From Octopus bimaculoides (Eukaryota): 64,000 bases of DNA. The notes below the pieces were generated by a model. The model was not told the origin of the DNA, made no database searches, and worked only from the letters and a program-made list of their open reading frames with translations. The DNA lies in contig NC_068998.1 of assembly GCF_001194135.2 (NCBI RefSeq), forward strand, positions 40,833,716 to 40,897,715, written 5' to 3'. Position 1 is the first letter of the stretch; each line of letters begins with the position of its first letter. This document shows positions 1-14,264 of the stretch, piece after piece. A program made the translations under genes and the position numbers.

Positions 1-109
1 AAAATCTCCTTGAACACAGGTCTGCTTGTTTAGAGTTGGCCTATTGGCTAAACAGCATCCTATTGGTTGAGGGCAGGAAATAGTGCCTAATTAGTGAACA
101 CTTACTTAC

Positions 110-203
110 CTGCTCGTCTAAACGACGCTGCATTGTCCAGCAAAACACAACTCTTTAAGCTTGTCACCAGACACTGCTGTATTTTGTAACCATCCAAAAA
201 ATA
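110..203 (-). CDS. candidate internal coding exon (94 nt) of an unidentified minus-strand gene
   Basis: Acceptor ttttttaaatttgtttttcag| at 204 and donor CAG|GTAAGT at 110/109. Frame 0 is open (YFLDGYKIQQCLVTSLKSCVLLDNAASFRRA); frame 2 reads FFGWLQ...CSVV* ending 8 nt before the donor. More GC-rich than flanks. Protein not recognised. Confidence 0.45.
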
Positions 204-1061
204 CTGAAAAACAAATTTAAAAAAAGTCAGATATTGGAACATACTGCTGGCAAAACATTAACACATTATTTAACAACACTGAAACTTTCAACAATGACAC
301 AACTGTTTTCTTCATCAGATTGTTAGACCAAAATTAATGCTTTCATGAATATAAGCATGTGATCATAGTTGAGGAAATGATAAGACAGATCCAGTTGTCT
401 TTGTTTTGTTTACTGTCTTAATCAGATGAGGGAGGGAAGCATCTATTATGACTTTTTGCACAATTTCAAGTGACTGATAGAGAACAGAAAACTTGTGACA
501 GATGGGTTACAGTGGAAAGCAGCAGAGAATCAAATATATTGGGACATCCCTGGACCAGAAATCCAGCCCAAATGCTTGTAACAGAGTATATTCCTGCTAA
601 AAGCCCTTATTGTGGTGTAAAGACAGGTGATAGATTTAGTCTACCACCTCAAAAACAGGAACAGTCCACCTGATAAGCTTCCATATAGTCCCTGTCCATC
701 TTGGCTCTATCACAAAGGTCGAGTAGAGCTGAGTCTATGGAAGAAAACAGTAGCCAAAGATGTCCACCACACATTGGGACTGAACCAAGAACTATGTGAA
801 CCATGCTTCAATAGTTTATCTTAATTCTACTTAAATGAAGGAAAAGATGATCCAGATTATAAGAAAACCTAAAAAAATATCCCTACACCAGGACCAACTG
901 ATTACATTTTATGGCAATAAGAACAACTTCAAATAATTAAAATTTTGTAAAAATGCCTTAATATTGTTTCACAACTAACTGATCTGGCATGAAAACCAGG
1001 GTGGGATTTGGGGTTCTAAAATTAGTTGAATAAATGGTAACTGCAGAAAACTTAATTTTAA

Positions 1062-1269
1062 CCCTTTCGATACCGACCTGTTTGAGACCACCCCTGGTTC
1101 AGTGATGAAAACTTCCTGTTTTAAAGTCATCTAATTTAAAACCTTCCATCAAAATTTCATGTTAATTTTGCTCTCCAAACTTCAGCTCAATAATGAAGTC
1201 ATTTCACCAAATTCTCCATTATTTTCAATAAAGGTAGTATATTTTGACATAAATTTGGTAACAAAAGAA
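1062..1269. mobile_element. TTAA-flanked piggyBac-like MITE (family 1)
   Basis: TTAA|CCCTTTCGATACC ... GGTAACAAAAGAA|TTAA; internal sequence shared with copies at ~6.9, 16.3, 19.7 and 26.05 kb. Confidence 0.7.
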
Positions 1270-3199
1270 TTAATACAAGAACATTTTTGATTCATGTTTG
1301 AAGTAAGTTGGAAGCAGTGTAGAGTATGTTGGTACATGAAAATTTCAACCATGAAGGGAGATTAAAGTTTTAAGTAAGATTACCATTTTTGAAATCAATA
1401 TACAATGCTGTGAAGAAAAAAAAAATTCAAAGGATCCCTCAAGGTTTATGTGATTTTGTCATTTCAATAACCAACAATAACAAAATTCTACACTCAACTG
1501 CCAAGAAATGTGTAAATTTTAAGACAGTGTCAAGAAGTAGTGTTCTGGATCATTGTTGACACTGATGTTATTATTTAGTTCCAAATCAGCTTTGGTTCTG
1601 CAGAGATATGATTAAAAATTTTCCAACTGGGACCATCACATATGTTTTACACATCCAAGATGACTATATTCATTGTGTGCTTTCCTTTTAAAAAAGCTAT
1701 TTGAAGGAGATTTGGCTGCTATTTCTATGAGGTTGAGCAACCACACACAGGCTTTCTTGTTGGCTGATGTTAGTTTCTGCGGCATAACTTTGAAGACATG
1801 TTTGATTGCGTGTTTATTAGGTGGTTAGCAATCTGGTTAAGTTTCCTTTTTTAGTAGGGGGTAGAGGGAGAGATGCTGATATTTCAGTTATCTTTGAGTA
1901 CATGTTTATGTTTATATTTCTCTGGATCAGAAGGGTTAGGGAGTTCTTTTAGAAACACACACCTGATCTTTATCTGTATATAAGAGATAGTTATACATCC
2001 CCGAAGGATTTACAGCATGGAAAGAGGCAGGGAATCAGAAACCTAGGCAATTTAATAGCATCAATAAAGACTTCTATTATATATAACCAAAAGCACTAAC
2101 TAATACGAAACAAAGTGCTGTGATTATTACTGTGCACTGTCACAAACACAAATATGAAGTTTACTGACTGATCCCATTGTATACTTAGCACAAATACAGT
2201 GATTCTATAACACATCACAAACATTATTGGTGTGGAATGAGGTTGATGCAATGTTATGTAAGGTGTATGACAGACTGATGCAAATGATACCTAAAAAATG
2301 CCTGCTCAATTATTCATGTAAACACCTCAATTTACAGAACAAGCTAACTCACATGGAATTATTTAAAAAAAAACTACATGCAAATAAACCAGTTTTGAAT
2401 AACTATTTGCATTTAACTAATTAATGCTCTGAGTATGTCAGATAATTTGAATCAGATTTTAATTTAATCTCACAGAAGGATTGAATATCAAGGGGTGTGG
2501 TACAATCAGTGCATTTGTGTGAGTGTTTGAGAGAAAGAAGAGACTGAGACAAAGATAAAGATCATGTGTATAAATGAGAACATATAAATGTACTTTAGAA
2601 ATAGCCATTTAACATATCACCCAGTGTGAGTCTATCTAAACAGGTGCTGTAGTATCAGACACAAAACAATACAAGAAATCATAAATCTAAGCTTTAAAAC
2701 AGGCGAGTTTAGTGAATTCAAAAGGTGGTATATATATTTGACACTATCCAATTAGTAACCTCACCCCCATTCTTGTACTGTCCTGACTGTCTGTGAAGTC
2801 AGAAAGGTTGCTTGTATGAGACATGAAGTGAAGTAGCGGAGAAACATGAGAATAAAGAACCAAAGTTGTCTATACAATTGCTAAACATATCAGGTGGGGG
2901 ACTTGATTGAGGGTTGTAATCTGGAAGAGGTATCATACACCAGCAATAAGGCTAAGGGGATGTGGTCAGCATCATTATCTGATCACTCTGCTGTCTGTTC
3001 TCAATTAGAAACCATTTCAGTAAACATGGCCTGTCAGGTAAAAATAAATAAAGTAGAGCAAAAAGGAAATTAATTATCAGATATGCAGATGCATGCCTTC
3101 CCTACACCACAACAAATGTTTGGTTGGATGTGTGTGTGAGAGAGACTGACGATAAGTGTACTGAGTTGCTAATGGGTCCAGTAGATGTCCTTAATAGTT

Positions 3200-3420
3200 C
3201 TAATCATCACCAACATTAACATCATTTTAATGTCCGCTTTTATATGCTCACAGAGGTTGGATAGAATTTGTTGAGGAGTATTTTCAATGCAAGGATCGCC
3301 TTCTTGTTGACAATCCTCATGTTTCCCAGTAAAATAATATTTCCCCATGGCCAGACATGTTTTCGTGGAAGATTGTAAATGAAGGACAATGCTTGCATGA
3401 TGGTGACACTTGTGTTTTAC
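3200..3420 (-). mobile_element. decayed RTE-LINE 3'-tail-derived repeat
   Basis: catcattttaatgtccgcttt... matches the (CAT)n-TTTAACGTCCGCTTTCCATGC terminus of the younger copy at 48672. Confidence 0.5.
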
Positions 3421-3453
3421 AAGTATCATTTGAAGTCAAGGCAGGGAAACAGT

Positions 3454-3630
3454 AACACACACACACACACACGTCAGACCTCTTTCAGTTTCAATCTGCT
3501 AAATTCTCTTACAAGACTTTGGTCAGCCCAGGGCTATACTAGAAGATACGTGCCCATGGTGCCAGGGACTGGACTGCAAACTATGTGGTTGGGAAGCAAG
3601 CTTCTTACCACGCAGCCATGCATGCGCCTA
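3454..3630 (-). mobile_element. CORE-type tRNA-derived SINE (family A), 5' half
   Basis: Reverse complement of head ggctgcgtggtaagaagcttgcttcccaaccacat... followed by the ggcaccatgggcacgtatcttctagtatagcc CORE-like block; matches the full copy at 54974. Confidence 0.8.
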
Positions 3631-5616
3631 TATAACATTCACCAGGTTGAAAGTAACATATAACTGCCAAACAGTATTTATCTCACCATAGACATTGTTA
3701 TACTTTTAGGCTCTCCCCTCTCCTCCTTGTCCTGATGACTAGTAAATAGTACAAGGAATTTATGGTAAAAACATTAGTGTCCCAGTGGAGGAATGATGGG
3801 ATTAGATGACAAGACACCCTTATCTACAAGCATGTTGCAAAACTGCTCCTCAATGTCATTATCTAATATTTTAAACTTCCTTTACTACAAAACAATAAGG
3901 ATAATAATTAAAATAACATGTCCATGTTTGCTATTAACTTTGTTTATTTGTGATATAAATGGAATTAATACAAATGGGTTGGTCAGTGTAATTTATTGCT
4001 TTTCTACATCATCCAATTCCAGCTAAAACATGTAACAATCGATGAAAGCTCCACCCAAAGATGGAATGCTAGTCTATCAGTACGTAACCGTTTCTTGAAG
4101 ATTTGATTCATCACAACTTGGATAACTGTAGCATGTAGGAAAGAGTGTCCTGAATACTGTATTTTCTGCTATACAAGGCATATTTTTCAGACCAAAAATT
4201 CCATGTGAAATGCAACATGATTTGGAAAAATTGCGATGATGTTTACAATATAAACTGTGTTGACTTGTATGCTGGAAAATATGGTACAAACATACCAAAG
4301 TACATTTAGCTAGATTTGAACCCACAAATGTTGTCATCGTCTTCTTCAAGCAGCACATTTAAGATGCATTTGACAATGATACACCAGAACTTCTGCCTTC
4401 AATTTCATCTTGTGTGTCTCTGCCATTAACAACAATATAGTGAAGTGTTCTTTGTTGTCTACTAGGGTGATGAAGTCTCCAAAAATAATAACTGATATTG
4501 CCTGTTGTTCAGTACATCAGCAGTGGCTAGTTGAGCCTACCCTGCATTGAACAATAATAGTAGAGATGGATGGAATGCGCCCATAAATCTCCTCTTTTGT
4601 CTTGTATTCACACTATTTAAACTAAGTTTTAACAGCAGTGAAGTATGTTATCTACTTCGTTCTTATGTCTCTATAGTTTTGCCAAGTTAATGCTTGATGT
4701 TGCTGATAGAAGATATCAACAATATTATGGCAATTTTCCTAACAGCCTTTAACCACCACATAGAACATCACTTAACACACCAAACACTGAAGCTAACAAA
4801 GGTCTTTCAGCTTGCTAGACCTATCAGTTAAATCTCTCTTAAAACATATACTCTCCCTATGAAAAAGGAAGGATAGATTGGATAATGTAGTCTGGGATAC
4901 ATTATGCCCGAACAAAAAAATGATGGGATAGTTATGGGTGGAAAGTTTTTGATCAGGGCCAATTTGGGGGCTAAAAACAACAGTACATATCTAACTGCTA
5001 CAAAAAGGTACAAATTGATCAGTTTCTATGGTAACAGTGGGTGTTTGTTATAAACTGACATACAACTATACTCTCAAAATAATGGAATTGTTCCAAGTAG
5101 TACAAGCCAATCTATAAAGAGTAACTGAGAAGCCACCATATGGTCAGTCTACTTGCTAAAAATATCAAATCATGTTTGGAAAACAGAGAAGATGGTTGTG
5201 CTTAGGATACCTTTGATCACAGACCTGCTAATTGGGGTTGATCAAAGCCGAAACATTAACATGCACAAAGACACACACACACATACAGGTGTGTGTCTTT
5301 CTTTGCCCCCCCCCCCCACTGCTTATCAACTGTAACTTGGCAGTTTGACATAAGAGACTGATAGAATAAGTAGCAGATTTATATATAAAAAAAAGGGGAT
5401 GGATGGGTGTTTGTTTGACTAAAGCCTTTCGTGGCAGTAACCCAGCATGGATGCAATCCAATGACTGATATAAATATATAAGTAAAAACAATTTTATGCT
5501 TGTTCACAAACACATTATTCTACATACTTTTTTTAAATAAAGAAATCAAGTGATTTATAAAAATGGGTGAGGAGAAAATCTGCTTCAATAAACTCTGTCT
5601 GACCCATGCAAGCATG

Positions 5617-5698
5617 NNNNNNNNNNNNNNNNNNNNNNNNNNNNNNNNNNNNNNNNNNNNNNNNNNNNNNNNNNNNNNNNNNNNNNNNNNNNNNNNNN
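5617..5698. other. assembly gap (82 N)
   Basis: Run of N. Confidence 1.
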
Positions 5699-6918
5699 AG
5701 GGATTCAGTAGTAGTGTTTTTGTTTAAATCAGGAATAATACTTACGAGACAGATTAAGAGGCTAGAGTTTAAAAGAATACATCTAATCCCATCATTAAAC
5801 GGAAAGTAAAAACAAAATAAAATAAAAAAAAAAGAGGAAAAGTAACAAAGCAAAATGTTGGTGCATTAGCTGTGGTTCCATGGCAATTTCAGGAAGGAAG
5901 GAACATTAAAAGAAGGTCTGACAGGAAGAAGTGATGGAAAGATGGAGTGCAGGCTTTGAAAGAGGGAGGAAAAAATCAGACAAATAAATGTAGGGCATTT
6001 CCCATCAAAATCCAGAATTAGTTTCCTTTTGAGACAAGTCACAAATTTGTTGATTGGTATCTTAAATAACTTATGGGTATGTGTGTATGAGAGAGAGAGA
6101 GCAGTAAGCATTGTTTCAAAGGAGATATTATTTGTCAACTATTGCTGCATCCGACAAAAATTGGATAAGAAGAGGAAAAAAAAGTAACGAATGGCTGCCC
6201 AGAGATTGGTTTCTTTCATACAAAGAGGAGACAGAAAACATATATTAATCATGCACTATAAACTATTTATTGGATGATCTGTTCACACACACATTTTTAA
6301 GGAGGTGTGTGTGTAGGGGTTGGGGGTGGAATAAAAAAAAAAGTAGAGGCAAAGGAACAGAAAGCCTAAAATTTAACCACAGCTGAATGAAATAATTGAA
6401 GCAAAACCAAAATTAACAACATTTTACATTGTTGATGGTTTGGTGTCATCCTCTTCAGTCACTACCTGCTCACCCTTATATCTGAGAGTATATTGCTATA
6501 TGCCTATTTACCTGTCTAATTAACAAGTCCCTGGAGGTAGTCTCTGCATAGGTATTTGACTTGCTACAAACAACAGCCAAATTTCCTTCCAAACCAAAGG
6601 GAAGGATGCATTGGGTAAGACAGAAAAAAAAAAAAAAAAAAAAAAAAAATTACCACTGGAACATCTTTGATTATAGGATCACTAAACAACAACAATTATA
6701 TGAGAAACAAGTCAAGGAAGCCTCTGGATGGTTAGTCAGTCTGCTGTAATAACAGCCAAATCTTCATTTCACATTGTACTGACTTAAGAAAGGAATAGAC
6801 AATGTAGCGCTAGAAACACTATAGTTAGGCCTGCTTAACCTAGGCTGATTTGAGAGGGAGAAAAACCCACAACTGTACAAAAGGGCTTATATTGGGTAGT
6901 TGTTTAATTTTGGTTTAA

Positions 6919-7168
6919 ATCCTTTTGTTACTTGTATTTCTATTGAAATTTACTGCTTTTATCTCAACTTTCAAAATACTGAAAAATTTAGTAAAATAAC
7001 TTTATTACTTTGGAACATAAAATGAACATGGAATTTTGATGAAAAAAATTTAATTTAGATCACTTTAAAATAGGAAATTTTGTACCATAGAACCAGGAGT
7101 AGTCTCAAGTATATTGGTACCATAGAACCAGGGGTAGTTTCAAGCAGGTGGGTATCAGGATAGTATAA
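6919..7168. mobile_element. TTAA piggyBac-like MITE (family 1, opposite orientation to 1062) with internal ~34-bp tandem duplication
   Basis: Starts ttaa-atccttttgttac; gtaccatagaaccagg(a/g)gtagt(c/t)tcaag occurs twice at ~7082-7143. Confidence 0.55.
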
Positions 7169-7796
7169 CTTAAAACAGTTGAGTGAGAAGTTGATGTTCC
7201 ATAAACAGCCTGATGCTGTGTCGATCTTATGTAAACACTACCAAGTGACCTGACACCTATTCCAGCTTGTTAGGTGAAGTGAGGCATGTGAAATCTACCC
7301 ACATACATAAAGAAAATACTACCCCATGCACTCAAGACATTTCACTACTCCATTACCACATTATGTGAGTGTATATAAATAAAAAAACTTCTCTCACTAT
7401 TTTTCAGTTTTCCTTTTTTAAATCATAAACTGAAATTTGAATTAAAATCAATAATAAATTTATACTGTGGTTTCAGGCTCAGTCCCACTCTGGTAAAAGA
7501 CTTTTACTATAGCCCTAGGCTAACTAAAGCCTTGTGAGTGGATTTAGGAGATGAGAGCTGAAAGAAGTTTGGCATATGTGAGCGAGTGTTCAGTTCACGT
7601 GTGTTGTATTTCCTTGTCTTGACATCACACAGTAGTAGTAAAACAAATGGCATTGTCTTCCACAAAAACATGTCAGGCTATGGAGAAATATTACCCAGCA
7701 GGCTACAAAAAACCTGCCCCAACGAATCCTGTATGATCCATGAAAGCACTGGAAAATGGATGTTAAAATAATGATGATAATATATTAATTAGTTAT

Positions 7797-7980
7797 AAGG
7801 CAGTGAGTTGGCAGAATCATTAGTGTGCGAGGCAAAATGCTCAGCAGCATTTCATGTCCTTATGTCCTGAGTTTAAATTCTACCAGGGCCAATAAAAAAG
7901 TACCAGCTGGACGCTGGGGTTGATTTATTTGACCCAGCCTCTTCTACAAACCTGCTGGCTTTGTGCCGAAATTTGAAATC
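7797..7980 (+). mobile_element. Nin-domain-type SINE (family B) with 18-bp target-site duplication
   Basis: aggcagtgagttggcagaatcattag...gtaccagc...gccgaaatttgaaatc, flanked by identical aatatattaattagttat at 7779-7796 and 7981-7998. Confidence 0.8.
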
Positions 7981-10639
7981 AATATATTAATTAGTTATCA
8001 TTTAATGAATTTTTGGAATTTAATATAAAACTGAGGCTGCTACTACTACCAACACCTAACATCTTACTTTTGAATGATAACTTTTTACAATTGAAAAATA
8101 AATTAAAAGAAAGGCAAAACAAACATTAACTGAAACAATCACAACAATAAGAGGTGGGTGACATGTTACAGCCAACTAAAATAGGGCAATGTATGCAAGA
8201 ACATACATGTGGTGGCTTGCACTGCCAGAAACAACAGCCAATTCTTCCTCAAATCACACTTGTAATTTCTGAGCAAAACAAAATATTGGAATCTGTAAAC
8301 CTAAACCAGGTATTGACAACTTGGATGAAGGAAGGATTAAGATTTAAAAAAAAAACAAAACAAAAAGGCCCACCTCCCACACCTTATGAAGAGGAAACTG
8401 AAGAAGCCACTGTTGGTAAGGCCAATGACAAAACAGAATTTAAAATATAAATATAAACACACAAAGGGTTAGACATGATGGGGAGGAGGGGGAGTAGTGG
8501 CTGCTTGGAAGACCACATATACAGAGTGAGTCATGACCAATAAAGAAAGATAACAGTGTTTAGAAAATGAAGGAAGGAAGGAATAGTGCAACTAGAACAG
8601 TTGCTATGGTGTGGTCATGGAAGTGTTATCAGTTGAAATGGGAGGAGGATTAGGAGAAAGAGGAGGAGGCTTAAAAAAAGGAAGTCTTAGTGATTCCCCT
8701 CTCAAACAACAAAATGTGACTACAGACAACAACATCAACACACACATACACCAGATGACATCAGCACCACACCTACTATATCCCTCCACAGAAGTAAAGA
8801 GAATTTTAAGTAGAATCTGGTATCCAACTAAAAATAAAAAGACCATCAAAAATTTTCTGTTTCTCTCAAGTGGAGAGGTAGAAACATTAAAGCATTATAA
8901 TATTTAATACAAATTAGTTCCAACTACGGGCTCCTTACATGGTGACTCGACCTGTGCTAGAAACAGCAGCTAAATCCCCTGTAACACATGCCTTAACAGC
9001 ATATCAAATAAAAACAAGAGATGATAACAGCTACAACTTGTTTGATCACAGGTTTATATACTGAGGCTGCACTGAGAGCTAAGCAATAACTAACAATCAC
9101 TAAATATGTGAAATATATTAGACATAAACTAAGGATATTATACTCCGGTGTATACTGACACACATGGAAGTCTACCTAAGTAATGTAGTAATAGTAGAAG
9201 GGATATGTTGAAAGTGTGACTGCCAACTGATTATAATATTTCAATTAAATTTACAGTAGGCGTGGATAAATTTTTTCAAGAAGCAGGCTGCTGGAGACGT
9301 GGCACATCAAGCAGGCTGCACTACAAAAAGAATCAAGGTAATTTTTCATCAGGTGTGCCATTCAAAAAGTCCTGTGGGCAGCAGTTTGTCCATGACTGAT
9401 TATAGATATAAAACAATATAAAGGAGTGATGGAAACAATGTAAAATGTCTTACAGTGTTTATTTGGGAACCTCTACAGTCTGAGTTCAAATCCTGGTTCA
9501 TCAAACTTTGCTTTTTATTCATTCATCTAGGATTGACTGGCACATCAAGCATGTGCCAGTCAATACAATCAATCATTCAAGTATCTCTCCTATAAATTTG
9601 TGACCATGTGTGCTTAACTGTTGAATTGTCAGTGACATACAAAATGCCCATCGAGATCAACTTTGCTTTTCATCCCAACAGTGTCAATAAAATAAAATAC
9701 CAGTCAAGTACTGGGTCTATTTAATTGACCAGCCGTCCCTCTTCACATAATTTCTGGCCTTGTGCTAAATTAGAAACATTTATTAAATAACCAGCAGAAA
9801 ACCACAGACTTGTAAAGAAAGTGTTGTTATATTTCTTATGTGGATATTTCTAGTTTGCACCAGCTAAAATGTTAGCATGCTCTAAATACCACGCTAGTCA
9901 CTGTTAATATATAAACGAGCCTGGTGGCCAATTCTCTTAAGAACTGCTCTTCTGGATAGTATCAGTCACATAAATATATCTTTAAAATAATGCAGCTAAA
10001 GTTATTCTGCTATGAATGACCAAGGGAAGTGGTCAGTAGGATAATATAGTATCCTGATAGTATGACACCACATGCTAAGATAAAATATTGGCAGAGCAGA
10101 TATATATCTAAACTAAGTTCTGCAGGACAGTTCTATTTGAGTTGAATATAGTGGGAAAAGCCTTTGCAAAGTCGTAAGGCTACCCACCATAGTTTGTCCA
10201 ATGCTGAGGAGGTTGTCAAAGACGAAATTCTATACTGGTTTGGTCAGAAGTACTGCTTGTGTGAGAAGCAGGTTGGATTACAAGTGCTTGCAATATATTA
10301 GGTACCCCAATATTCTGTGGGCAAAATGCTTAGTGGCATTTCTTCTGGAACTTCATGTTCTCAGTTAAAAGTCTGCTTAGGTTGACTCTTATGGGGGTCA
10401 ATAAATTAGTTAATTAGATCTACCTGAGTACTTGATAGGTAATTCTATTAAGTTCAAAAGGGTGAAATGCAAAGTCAACCCTGGAAGAATTTGGAACATA
10501 TCACATGAAGGAAAGCACGGCTATTGCTACTTGTATTTGCTAAGTTCATTAATTGCTTATAAATATTTTTTGTATTTTTTCGAGATGTAATGTCCTGCTA
10601 GGTGACCTGAATATCCTGGGCCACTAATCATTTTCAATA

Positions 10640-11620
10640 TATGGCTGTAAATTTCAGGATGGTACCAACATATCAGCCTACTCTATGAATATACCGACTG
10701 AATATTAAATAGTTCACCAGATGGATGTAATTTCAGGCTCCCACAAAGTGGGCTACATACACACCAGACATTTTCAGAAGAGAAGAGGCAAAACTGGGCA
10801 AAATCAAACTGCCAAGCAAATTGGATTAACTTCTATAAATAAGAAGCAGATTTTTCTCACCTCCGTTTAAACTTCTAAAGTGCAAAGAGTTCAACAGGCC
10901 TCCAGTCAAAGCTGTACTTCTCACATCAGGATAATGTGGATACCAATATTGTGTTCAAGTACTGCATGCAGTCGAGCGTGGGGAAAAGACTATGAAGATA
11001 TGTACCAGAGACATACATGTTGGAGACCCTTTGGCAGGTTCATTTGATGACCTGGTATTTGCAATGGGCTAGAATTACTGGTTTTATCACATTTATGATG
11101 TTCGTGCAAGTAAGGGGGTGGAGTTTCACATGCATTACCTGTATTCCATACCTTTTAAGTTGCAATGTAAGTTCTGCTTTCTACAGCAAGGGCAAAAAAC
11201 TATTTTGGAGGACTTAGCTGATCTATGTAGACACAGAAATTTGTGTATCTGGCTTGTATCCCTTTCAGTTGGTGGTTGTTGACAACAACTCTTTCAGGAA
11301 GCTTGAGTAATTAATTGTTATGGTAGATAATTCATCAGCTCTGATGAGACACGAAGGTGCTCTTTTGCTAGAAGTGAATAATGAACAAACTGCCTCCTAC
11401 CAATGGTTCCTCACTCCAGTATGCCTGATGTGCAATGTAGCAAGCAGGTATCTTGACAACCAGCACACAAACCCAGCAATTCCACAGGGAATGATTGGAC
11501 CAAGATAATTAGAGTTGTTGGAAATACTTTGTGGAATAATTCCCCATTTCCAGGGAATGCAAAAAACTGATCAAATGTTTCCGAAAAAAAAAAACCAAAG
11601 TTCTGGTCAGTAAAATTTAA
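10640..11620 (+). mobile_element. decayed Academ-like DNA transposon, C-terminal XPG-like/Cys region of the transposase (pseudogene)
   Basis: Frame-shifted translation gives SHQDNVDTNI / VLHAVERGEKTMKICTRDIHV / VFAMG*NYWFYHIYDV / SHALPVFHTF / SCNVSSAFYSKGKKLFW / KLPPTNGSSLQ / QAGILTTSTQTQQ / SRECKKLIKC. This is the order of the HEEADT..TVDTDV..FHAFTGCDTTSAF.GKGKK..LPPT..QAG.W..CRELIKC motifs I recall for Academ transposases. Confidence 0.75.
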
Positions 11621-14264
11621 ATGACCCTAGTTATTCTAACAGAAGGTGTGGACATTTGTTTGGGCTTTTTATGATTCCCAGAACAAGCATATAGTTATAT
11701 TTTGTCACAGATGCCAGGTATCTATGACACAAATTTCTTTCAGGGTTGAAGAAATTCACGTCATAGACATTCTTTTACTTTGTTATTTTACAAAATAATT
11801 TTTTAAATACATATTTAAAAACATTCCGAAATGCTATACTACCTGATTAAATGTGCTACAGATTTGCTAGGCCAGTTGTGACCCAGAACTACAAAACAGC
11901 TTTGAAGATTAAACTACTTTAAATGCAATTCAATGCATATAAAATTGTGGGTCAGTCTGAACTGAAGTGACATCCTGCATCTGACCTAGTTACCTAGTAG
12001 AAGTAGAGCAGAAGATGAATTTAGAACATACAGTGTGTCAGTAATTCACTAATGAATGTCAAATGAACTGGAAACTGACCATTAGTTTGCTGGAGGAAGG
12101 CACAGTTTCTCCCACAACAATAAAACAGAACAGGCCAAGGTGAAATACTTTGGTAATATCTGTACTCTCTCATAATTAGCAACAAATCTGGTATGGTTCT
12201 TCAAAAATAGTTGCTAGCACAGGACTTTCTGTGGAGGAATGTGTTTCAACCAACAAGGATGAGGCAATGGGTTTTCAGATGTAGGGATTTAGTAATGCCT
12301 ATTTAAAGAATTGAAAAGAGAAGCTATTCTGAGGAGAATCATTAGGTATATCGAATTAATTTCCAAGAGACTTCAAGTCAATAGGCTGTTGTTGTTTAGC
12401 ATATGTGAGTCTTAAATGAATGGATCCATGTTTAATTAAAAATATTCCAACAGTGGCCAAGACAATAGGTTGATATTTCTCACTGACTGGTTTTCAGCTG
12501 GTTTTAAGTTGAACTGCCAGAGTATATTGGACAAGCAGTTAAGAGATTGTCACTGGGACCATCAACACCTAACTAACCAAATAGTCTTGTATACTTACCT
12601 GTGGGGATAAGTATTAAATCTTTGAGAAAACTACCAGCAACAGACTGGCATCTGTCTCACAGATATGTATCCTTCATCTGTTTTAACACCTATAGAAACT
12701 AGTCTTAATGAATGAGAAAGTCTGTGAAAGGACTGACTTATGATTATTTCAAAACTTTGTTTCAGAATGGTTTAATTAAAATGAAGATTATTGCCCATAG
12801 TTATTTTATAGCATCAAAACTGGGGATCTTGTTCAGAATATTTACAGAAGAGTGGGCTCCAACAACAGGTACCTACCTGAGAGTCAGGCAGCGGTAACAT
12901 TAAATTGGGTGACAATAACAGTAGCCATAGAAGCAGCAATAAGATACATTTTCTCTCTTGATGACTGCCAGAGCCATACCAAGAAACAGACCATGTTCGG
13001 CAACATGCCAACATTTATTCTCTGTTTAGACTGATGGAAATTGGTTGGTTTATCTCAGTTGATACTGCTGCACCCTCTGTTACAGCATTACTATTGGTAT
13101 TTAATAAAGGTCTTACTGTCTTGTTTACAGATGCTCTTTGAAGCATCTAAATTCTTTTTAAGTTATCCTTGTAAGACTATAAGCTTAGTGGACTTTGAAT
13201 GGCAAACAGGATGAGAGAGAAGAGGAAAGTTGGGGAGGTAATTGGTTTCAGCAGTCTAAAAAAGTGTGTGACTAGCTAGATCCAGTAAGACTGGTTTATA
13301 AAACTTAACAAAATCAAATGAACCAGTTCTTCTGCAAACAACCAATACAAAGGTTTAGGTCATATGTAACTTGAAAATGCAAATTATTATTCTCTCAAGA
13401 AAGGAAGCTGTCACACACACACACAGTTGCATGTGAAAAAAAAATGTGTATGGAGCCCCCACTTTCCTAGAACATCCAAACAAAATAACAAAATAAATAC
13501 AAATCATAGAAGTGGAGCACCAATATGACTGTTTGGCTTGCTAGAAAAAAAGCTGTCAAATTTCCCTCAAACTACAATAAAAAAACTGGATGGTCGTGAC
13601 TTGAATGCCTTTAATCATAGATTTGCTCAGCCAGGATTACCCTAAGACTAAATAACAACAAAATTTAGTTATTTTACAAAACTCCTCTGAAGAGTAAACT
13701 GGAGATCTGTTTCTAATATTTGTAACAGAGTAAACTTCCCTAAAAACATTCAGAGTGAGTTGCATTAGGCTTGTTATTAAAAGCAATGAAGGAGCAGGTG
13801 ACATGCACTAAACTAGGTTGTATGTCAGCTGTCCCACCTAAGGTGAGCAGATTCAGTAAGCAAGGAATATGTGCAGTGGGATCAAACCCAAAGCCACATT
13901 AAGCAATCTTCTTAACCACCCAACCATAGCAGTGGTTACCTAATGTTTTTATTGTTATTGTTCATCAAAGATAAGCCATGACGAATAAATGTTAACCTTA
14001 TCCTGACAGAAAACAATGTTAGCTGGAATCCACATATTAAAATCACATAGAAAAATATATTAATTGAACATTTAGTCCAAAAGAGTAATATTTGGTGAAA
14101 GTATGCTAACCATGAATAGCTGATGGCTTCAAATTCCATTGGAGAATGTCTATGAAATTAAACTTCAAAAAGAAAGGTTTCTCAAAGCAGCAATAGAAGG
14201 TTGGTAGGGGTAAATCATGCAAAAAAAAACAAAAGAAAAAGAAAGAAATATCTGGCTTTACAAA

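Noticed and set aside
2765-3029. Strong minus-strand acceptor with GGG|GTGAGG donor
   Set aside because: All frames closed; no supporting homology.
4030-4620. Coding-like stretch with VIIFGDF, resembling the LINE APE endonuclease GDFN motif
   Set aside because: Single short motif, and neighbouring APE motifs were not recoverable; left unclassified.
12599-12689. Minus-strand acceptor/donor pair (CAG|GTAAGT)
   Set aside because: Stops in all three frames; at best a UTR exon or pseudo-exon.
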